From assembly GCA_019057635.1 (NCBI GenBank), contig DXJL01000195.1, positions 1 to 31,216 on the forward strand: 31,216 bases of DNA, read 5' to 3'. Positions 25,347 to 31,216 of this stretch are shown here, one piece after another (within the stretch, counting starts at the first letter, position 1; each line of letters starts with the position of its first letter). The translations under genes and the position numbers were made by a program. Below the pieces are notes generated by a model that did not search any database, was not told the origin of the DNA, and saw only the letters and a list, made by a program, of their open reading frames with translations. Origin of the DNA: Candidatus Heimdallarchaeota archaeon (lineage in GTDB: Archaea; Asgardarchaeota; Heimdallarchaeia; Hodarchaeales; Hodarchaeaceae).

Positions 25347-26366
25347 TTGGCTGCAAAAAGAAACTATTCAGCGATACGACCGTCCAAGAATAATTTTGGT
25401 TGGTGGATACTAGCATTTTTATTGTTTTTATGTGGAATAGGGCTAATTTATGAAAATTTAGTCAATAAGCTAGGTTGGGATTACTTTGGATTCGAAACTT
25501 TTGGCTGGGATCTTCCCTTCTTTAGCGGAGAGAGAGCGTACTATTTTGATATCGTCATGATTGCAATAAATTTCGTATTTTGGGTTCTATCAATTTTTAA
25601 TCCCGTTCTGGCGATTTTTGATATTATTTCACCCTTCTCACTACAGTTTTCACCCATCTTTATATCTGGAGATAAATGGGTCATAATAATACGAGCATTA
25701 GCCGATGCTGCTATAATTACCCTACAGATTTCCTTGAGCAGTATTGCTATAGGATTTTTCATTGGTTTGTTCCTAGCGGTTGTTTTAGTGCGTCCTGGCC
25801 GAGTATGGGGATTAAAAATATTTTCTCAAGCTTATGTCGATTTTTTCCGCTCCACTCCATTACTAGTTCAACTATTTATCATCTTCTTCGGAATTCCACC
25901 GATGATACAAGGTTTGGCCATCCCTGGATTCGAACGATTCACATTCACCTATATTCAAGCTGCGGTTATTGGATTATCACTAAATACTGCCGCGTACCAA
26001 GCTGAAATCATCCGTGGAGGAATTTTGGCTATTCCAACAGGTCAAACAGAAGCAGCAAGAGCTTTGGGATTGACTACAACACAAACTATGAGATTTGTGA
26101 TATTACCACAAGCACTACGTATCATTATTCCTCCTTTCACTAATGAAGGAATTAATATTATTCTCAATAGCTCATTGGCATCCGCTATTTCAACATGGGA
26201 ATTAACTCGGGCGGCCCGAAATATGTCGGCCTACTATTACCTTGCTTTTGAAATTTTCTTGGCAGCAGCAATGTTTTATTTTGTAATGGCATATAGTCTG
26301 GCAAGATTAACGAAGAAGTTCGAAATCAGGTATAGAATACCAGGATTGGGGATTCATTATGACTAA
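25347..26366 (+). CDS. Polar amino-acid ABC transporter permease (HisM/GlnP family) with N-terminal extension
   Basis: YVDFFRSTPLLVQL, LNTAAYQAEIIRGGI.AIP.GQ.EAARALG, ILPQALR; GTGAGGT RBS before TTG. Confidence 0.93.
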   Translation: MAAKRNYSAIRPSKNNFGWWILAFLLFLCGIGLIYENLVNKLGWDYFGFETFGWDLPFFSGERAYYFDIVMIAINFVFWVLSIFNPVLAIFDIISPFSLQFSPIFISGDKWVIIIRALADAAIITLQISLSSIAIGFFIGLFLAVVLVRPGRVWGLKIFSQAYVDFFRSTPLLVQLFIIFFGIPPMIQGLAIPGFERFTFTYIQAAVIGLSLNTAAYQAEIIRGGILAIPTGQTEAARALGLTTTQTMRFVILPQALRIIIPPFTNEGINIILNSSLASAISTWELTRAARNMSAYYYLAFEIFLAAAMFYFVMAYSLARLTKKFEIRYRIPGLGIHYD

Positions 26367-27126
26367 ACCGTTAATTGAAGTAAAAAATCTTAAAAAAACA
26401 TTTAGAACACGTGGGGGTGAACTTGTTGCACTTCAAAATATAAACTTACGAATAATGCCTGGAGAAGTCGTAGCTGTCATAGGGAGTTCTGGTAGTGGTA
26501 AGTCTACACTCTTGCGTTGCATGAATCTTTTAATTACCCCTACGGAGGGACAGGTATATTTTGATGGTGAGGTTATCTTCAATAGTGAGGCACCTGTAGA
26601 TATTAATCTTGATGCAGTGCGTAAAAACATTGGTATGGTCTTTCAGGCCTTCAATCTGTTTATGCATCTGACTGTCAAAAATAATATCCATTTGGCCCTG
26701 AAACGAGTGCTAAACTTACCAGATGAAGGCATTCAGCATCGAATTAATGATGTCTTAGAAACCGTTAACCTTTCTGATAAACTCAATAGTTATCCAGGTG
26801 AACTATCAGGAGGACAACAACAACGGGTAGCCATTGCACGGGTATTGGCCATGAGACCAAAATTAATCTTTTTTGATGAACCTACCTCCGCTCTTGATCC
26901 AGAACTAACAGGCGAGGTTCTTGAAGTAATGAAACGACTCGTTACTGAGTATCAGTATACGCTGGTTGTTGTAAGTCATGAAATACCATTTGCTCGTGAA
27001 GTTGCCAATCGGGTCGTCTTTATGGATGAAGCGGAGATCTTATATGAAGGGGGCCCTGATACACTGGTTAATCCTCCTAATGAACGGTTGAAAAAATTCC
27101 TCTCAAAGATTCTTTCCACCCGTTAG
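26359..27126 (+). CDS. Polar amino-acid ABC transporter ATP-binding protein (GlnQ family)
   Basis: GSSGSGKST, MVFQ.FNLF, LSGGQQQRVAIAR, FFDEPTSALDPE, SHE..FA. Confidence 0.95.
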   Translation: MTKPLIEVKNLKKTFRTRGGELVALQNINLRIMPGEVVAVIGSSGSGKSTLLRCMNLLITPTEGQVYFDGEVIFNSEAPVDINLDAVRKNIGMVFQAFNLFMHLTVKNNIHLALKRVLNLPDEGIQHRINDVLETVNLSDKLNSYPGELSGGQQQRVAIARVLAMRPKLIFFDEPTSALDPELTGEVLEVMKRLVTEYQYTLVVVSHEIPFAREVANRVVFMDEAEILYEGGPDTLVNPPNERLKKFLSKILSTR

Positions 27127-27149
27127 GCTGGAAAGCTTTCTTTTTTATT

Positions 27150-28136
27150 TTAAACTTTAGATGCGGTTTCTTGATTTTGAATGCGACGTGATCCCAAACA
27201 GATCCGACAATATTTAAACTGTCTTCTTGCAAATGGTGCATAACGTCCACATCCTTGACAACTACGATATTCAACAAATGCATGCTTTTTTTTATCTTCC
27301 CAATAGTGAGGAACAATCATGGATGTTGAAATTTCTTCAGATTTCGAATCAAGCAGTATTTCAAAAGCTGATTGGCCGAAAAGAATATCGTGAGAGACTG
27401 CTAACCCAAAAGAACTAACATTAATACATTGAGTCCTTCCACAATATTTGGTATACCCCCCAAGATAATGAACGTGCCCAAATACAGATACTTTAGGTTG
27501 GAAATCATCAATGATCTCACGAAGATAAAAAGATCCTATATGTCGTGATCCTAGTGACGAAAAATCGAGAATTCCCCGAGGAGGAGTATGCGTGAGAATG
27601 ATTAGTTGCTTCTTCTGTTCATTGGACAATTTTTCAATAATTGGTCTCAGTTCTTTATGGATTGCAGTTTCTTCCCAACATTTACCTGAGGAATAGATAT
27701 CAGTTTTATTGGCATCCTGATAGCCAATGATAGTGAAATCTGACATCTGATGGATTTGTTTATGACAGTCGTTAAAATTAGAAAATTCAGTGGTAAACCA
27801 ACCTCTTAATTCGTCTGTTAGGGGTGTTTCAGTTGTTTCCTTTTCACAATCCATAATATCGGTGTTTCCCCAAACAAAATAGACAGGAGAATCGGCGTTG
27901 TTTAATGTACTTATAACAGGATCTGATTCTATGCGTTTCTTTACCAACGATACTGACTTAGTAGATTTTCCCTCATTCCACATATAATCTTGGAAATCAC
28001 CTGCAATTAAAATTGCATCATGACTGCGTGCAATGAGATTTTCAATAAGACGATCTTGAGTGACAACACGAATACCAGCAGGTGGAGTAATGGAAGTTCC
28101 TTGATGTAAATCTGAAATGACTAGTATCTTTGTCAA
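27150..28136 (-). CDS. Calcineurin-like metallophosphoesterase (Icc-related) with C-terminal Zn-ribbon
   Basis: SDLH, AGD, GNTD, THTPP, FGHVH; C-terminal CQGC-x11-CRIC. Confidence 0.88.
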   Translation of the reverse strand: MTKILVISDLHQGTSITPPAGIRVVTQDRLIENLIARSHDAILIAGDFQDYMWNEGKSTKSVSLVKKRIESDPVISTLNNADSPVYFVWGNTDIMDCEKETTETPLTDELRGWFTTEFSNFNDCHKQIHQMSDFTIIGYQDANKTDIYSSGKCWEETAIHKELRPIIEKLSNEQKKQLIILTHTPPRGILDFSSLGSRHIGSFYLREIIDDFQPKVSVFGHVHYLGGYTKYCGRTQCINVSSFGLAVSHDILFGQSAFEILLDSKSEEISTSMIVPHYWEDKKKHAFVEYRSCQGCGRYAPFARRQFKYCRICLGSRRIQNQETASKV

Positions 28137-28323
28137 TAGGCTCCGTTCCAGTAACCAATGCTTGGTGAGAGATGATAATGTGCGGAAATTCTACAAATTA
28201 ATAACTGTTCGCTCCCCCGTAGTCACATTTTCAAATAAATTTCGTTAGGAAAAATGAAATCTCAAAAATAATTTAAAAATCAATTTTTTCTTAGAAATAC
28301 GAGAGAATATTTCCAATAATTCA

Positions 28324-30249
28324 ATGAAAGGGAAGAATTACTTAATGTATAACTCATACGAAGAAGCACATAAGCTATCACTTGAACAACCAGAAATTTT
28401 CTGGGCAAAAGAAGCAGAGAAACTTCACTGGTATCAAAAATATGAAAAAGTTCTAGAAACCGATTACCCGTTTTTTCACTGGTTCCCAGGGGGAAAAACA
28501 AATCTTTGTTACAATGCGGTGGATCGTCACGCCTTAAGCAGCAACCGTGGAACAGCTGCATTAATATGGGAGTCACCTGAGACCAACCAATCACGCGTTT
28601 ACACCTATTATCATTTATATAAAGAAGTGAACAGGTTTGCAGGCGTTTTAAAAAATTTGGGGGTAATAAAAGGTGACCGAATTATTATTTACATGCCACA
28701 GATTCCCGAAGCAATCATAGCAATGTTGGCTTGTGTTAGAATAGGTGCTATTCATTCAGTTGTATTTGCAGGTTTCAGCCGGGAATCTCTTGCCGGAAGG
28801 ATCGATGATGCGGAACCGAAACTGCTTCTAACGTGTGACGCAGGTTCAAGAATGGGTAAAGTAGTCAAACTCAAAGAAATCGTGGATGATGCATTAGAGT
28901 TAGCCACAAAAAAAGTTAGCAATGTAATCTTATATAATCGAGAACTAGACCCTAGCATCAATTGGGTCGAGGGAAGAGATCTTGATTGGTCAACATTATT
29001 AGAAGAAAAAGGAAAGAATTTTGTAGAACCAGAAGTCATGGATTCAACTGATCCATCGTATATATTGTACACATCAGGAACAACTGGTAAACCAAAAGGA
29101 GTTTTACGTGATACAGGCGGATATATGGTAGCATTACATGCTACGATGAAACAGATCTATGATTGTGAACCAGATCGGGATGTCTATTTTTCCACGTCTG
29201 ATATTGGGTGGGTAGTAGGCCATTCTTACATAGTGTATGCACCATTATTAGTCGGGATACCTACGGTCTTATTTGAAGGTACTCCTATTTACCCAAATCC
29301 AGATGCTTGGTGGCGTGTTATTGAAAAATATGGTGTAACAGTGGTTTTTTCTGCTCCAACAGCGTTTAGAATTCTGAAAAAATTCCCTGAAAAATGGATA
29401 ACTGATAGGGATCTCTCTTCAATTCGTTATTTCTTCTTAGCAGGGGAACCAACCGATGTCCCCACCTATGAATGGGGAATAAAGACACTAGGAGTGAAAA
29501 TTATTGATCACTACTGGCAAACGGAGAGTGGTAGTCCAATGCTGACAAATAATCCCGGTATTGAATATCTCCCGACCAAACCAGGTTCGCCAACAAAATC
29601 TGCGATGGGTTGGGATCTTATTGTTGTCGATGAACAAGGAAATGAACTACCTCCTGGAGAAAAAGGATTTCTCGTTGGAAAATTTCCCTTGCCTCCTGGT
29701 AATTTGTTAACTGTTTATGGAGATGATGAGCGATATAAACAAACTTACTGGGAAGTATTTCCTGGTCGCTTATATAATACTGGAGATTATGCTATTCGAG
29801 ATTCTGATGGTTATTTTTGGGTTCTTGGCCGGGCTGATGAGGTTATCAAGATAGCAGGCCATCGTTTGGGAACACGTGAGATAGAAGAAGCGGTTTCAGC
29901 ACATGATGCGGTTGCCGAAACTACCTGTGTTGGTGTTGATGACAAACTTAAGGGGACAGTAGTCATAGCGTTTGTTGTTCTTCGCCAAGGATTCCAAAGT
30001 TCAGAGGATATGAAGAAGGAAATTATTCAAATTGTTCGTGACAAAGTTGGTCCCATTGCCGCTCCAAAAGCAGTAGAGGTCGTTACTATGCTTCCTAAGA
30101 CTCGTTCGGGGAAGATTATGCGTCGAATCTTGAAAGGTGTTTATGAAAACAAAGATCTAGGCGATTTAAGCACGATTGAAGATGGGGCTAGTATAGATGA
30201 AGTTAGCTCAGCCATAAATCTCATGAAGAACGAATTAGGAAAAGGTTAA
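28324..30249 (+). CDS. prpE: Propionate/acetate--CoA ligase
   Basis: NLCYNAVDRH, YILYTSGTTGKPKGV.RDTGGY, SDIGWVVGHSYIVYAPL, DHYWQTESG, PKTRSGK. The RDTGGY and VVGHSYIVYAPL motifs are PrpE-like. Confidence 0.88.
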   Translation: MKGKNYLMYNSYEEAHKLSLEQPEIFWAKEAEKLHWYQKYEKVLETDYPFFHWFPGGKTNLCYNAVDRHALSSNRGTAALIWESPETNQSRVYTYYHLYKEVNRFAGVLKNLGVIKGDRIIIYMPQIPEAIIAMLACVRIGAIHSVVFAGFSRESLAGRIDDAEPKLLLTCDAGSRMGKVVKLKEIVDDALELATKKVSNVILYNRELDPSINWVEGRDLDWSTLLEEKGKNFVEPEVMDSTDPSYILYTSGTTGKPKGVLRDTGGYMVALHATMKQIYDCEPDRDVYFSTSDIGWVVGHSYIVYAPLLVGIPTVLFEGTPIYPNPDAWWRVIEKYGVTVVFSAPTAFRILKKFPEKWITDRDLSSIRYFFLAGEPTDVPTYEWGIKTLGVKIIDHYWQTESGSPMLTNNPGIEYLPTKPGSPTKSAMGWDLIVVDEQGNELPPGEKGFLVGKFPLPPGNLLTVYGDDERYKQTYWEVFPGRLYNTGDYAIRDSDGYFWVLGRADEVIKIAGHRLGTREIEEAVSAHDAVAETTCVGVDDKLKGTVVIAFVVLRQGFQSSEDMKKEIIQIVRDKVGPIAAPKAVEVVTMLPKTRSGKIMRRILKGVYENKDLGDLSTIEDGASIDEVSSAINLMKNELGKG

Positions 30250-30325
30250 ACATTTACAATGCCCTTCTCTGGCTGGGTTATAATGGGGAAAAAGAGGGAG
30301 GAAATTCAAATTCACCTAAAGTTCG

Positions 30326-31216
30326 CTAGGTAAATTTGGACAATATCCCATTAGTGATTTCACCAATATGTCCCCCAATAAGACCCCGTGCACGTACATA
30401 TCGTTTATAGAAGTTTTGATATTCGTCTTTAAGCATCTTCTCATAATTAATTAGGAAGAGGAAGACACTAGCAAGCAATGCAGATACTCCAGCCAGGTTA
30501 AATATTATCATCGTCGGATATTGATCAGCAAATACAACTAAGATTTGAGCACCCAGCGTAGTAACAATAGGTTGAGTCCATTTCGTCGCAAACTTATTAA
30601 GGCCCATAAATTGGGCTTCTTTTCCCTCTGGTACTAGATCTGCAGGTAGAGAAATTCGAACAGATTCTATAAAAATGGCACCTATACCACCAACTGCTGC
30701 AATTACCAGTAGCAGGGAGTAATAGTCTCCTATTTCGATATATGCAAAGAGGAAACAATAAATTGCATAAATAATTGAACCTAACAATGCCGTATTTACT
30801 TTTCCGAGTTTTTTAATTGCCAGGCCAGCAGGAATGGCCATTAAAGCTGCAACTATACCAGTAATGACTAATACCGTTACCTCATTACCCTTACCTAATG
30901 CAGCTTCAGCAGCAGGGGTTGTTAAATGAATTATTGAGTAAATTGAAACGGCTGCGACAGAAAAACCCCAAAAACTCTGGACAATTAGCATTTTCCCAAA
31001 ATCTTGTCCTCCGAATGTTAAGAGGTATTTTGGTGTATTTTTTATATCCTCCATTGTGCTATCAATAGGATCAAAGGGTGGATTTACTTTTTCCACCAAA
31101 AAAAAGATAATGACACCAATAAAACATATTATAATTCCCGCAAAGGGGAAGATTATTGTTGCATGTTCCCGGGAAGCTATAAAACCTAATCCAACAAGTC
31201 CGACGAAGGATCCAAT
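30326..31216 (-). CDS. MFS transporter, 3' part (5' end outside the window)
   Basis: The frame stays open to the window edge (IGSFVGLVGLGF...FFLVEK); G....K.GK motif, ADLVP.GKE..FMG and multiple TM helices. Confidence 0.85.
   Translation of the reverse strand: MGSFVGLVGLGFIASREHATIIFPFAGIIICFIGVIIFFLVEKVNPPFDPIDSTMEDIKNTPKYLLTFGGQDFGKMLIVQSFWGFSVAAVSIYSIIHLTTPAAEAALGKGNEVTVLVITGIVAALMAIPAGLAIKKLGKVNTALLGSIIYAIYCFLFAYIEIGDYYSLLLVIAAVGGIGAIFIESVRISLPADLVPEGKEAQFMGLNKFATKWTQPIVTTLGAQILVVFADQYPTMIIFNLAGVSALLASVFLFLINYEKMLKDEYQNFYKRYVRARGLIGGHIGEITNGILSKFT

Noticed and set aside
424-29072. The many remaining 60-110 aa ORFs nested in or antisense to assigned genes
   Set aside because: They overlap well-supported CDSs and lack motifs; treated as shadow ORFs.

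Overview
AT-rich archaeal chromosomal segment, most likely from an Asgard archaeon (Heimdallarchaeia-like). That assignment is inferred from an archaeal-type GluRS, a Rab-like small GTPase, a PGF-type C-terminal sorting signal and a giant NosD/beta-helix surface protein. Most of the window is metabolic or housekeeping: ribA, gltX, an FKBP PPIase, an acyl-CoA dehydrogenase, an OsmC protein, a LeuC/LeuD-like aconitase pair, a CDGSH protein, a flavin oxidoreductase, an Ldh2 dehydrogenase, a ClC, a polar amino-acid ABC transporter, a metallophosphoesterase, PrpE and an MFS transporter. Two structures are not visible in the ORF track. (1) A ~1.4-kb TnpB-only element (rearranged-RuvC type, inactivated by two in-frame stops) has the same palindromic 11-mer TTGTCAGACAA at both junctions. 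A third copy of this junction lies at 16040, abutting an apparent gene remnant. (2) A ~7.5-kb integrase-less island (beta-helix/C-type-lectin surface protein plus ClC) is bounded by a 75-bp diverged direct repeat of the 3' end of the Ldh2 gene. Other oddities are an A8-run frameshift in the acyl-CoA dehydrogenase, a Cys-to-Gly change at an Fe-S ligand of the aconitase large subunit and a GTPase with large switch-region insertions. No rRNA, tRNA or CRISPR array was recognised.
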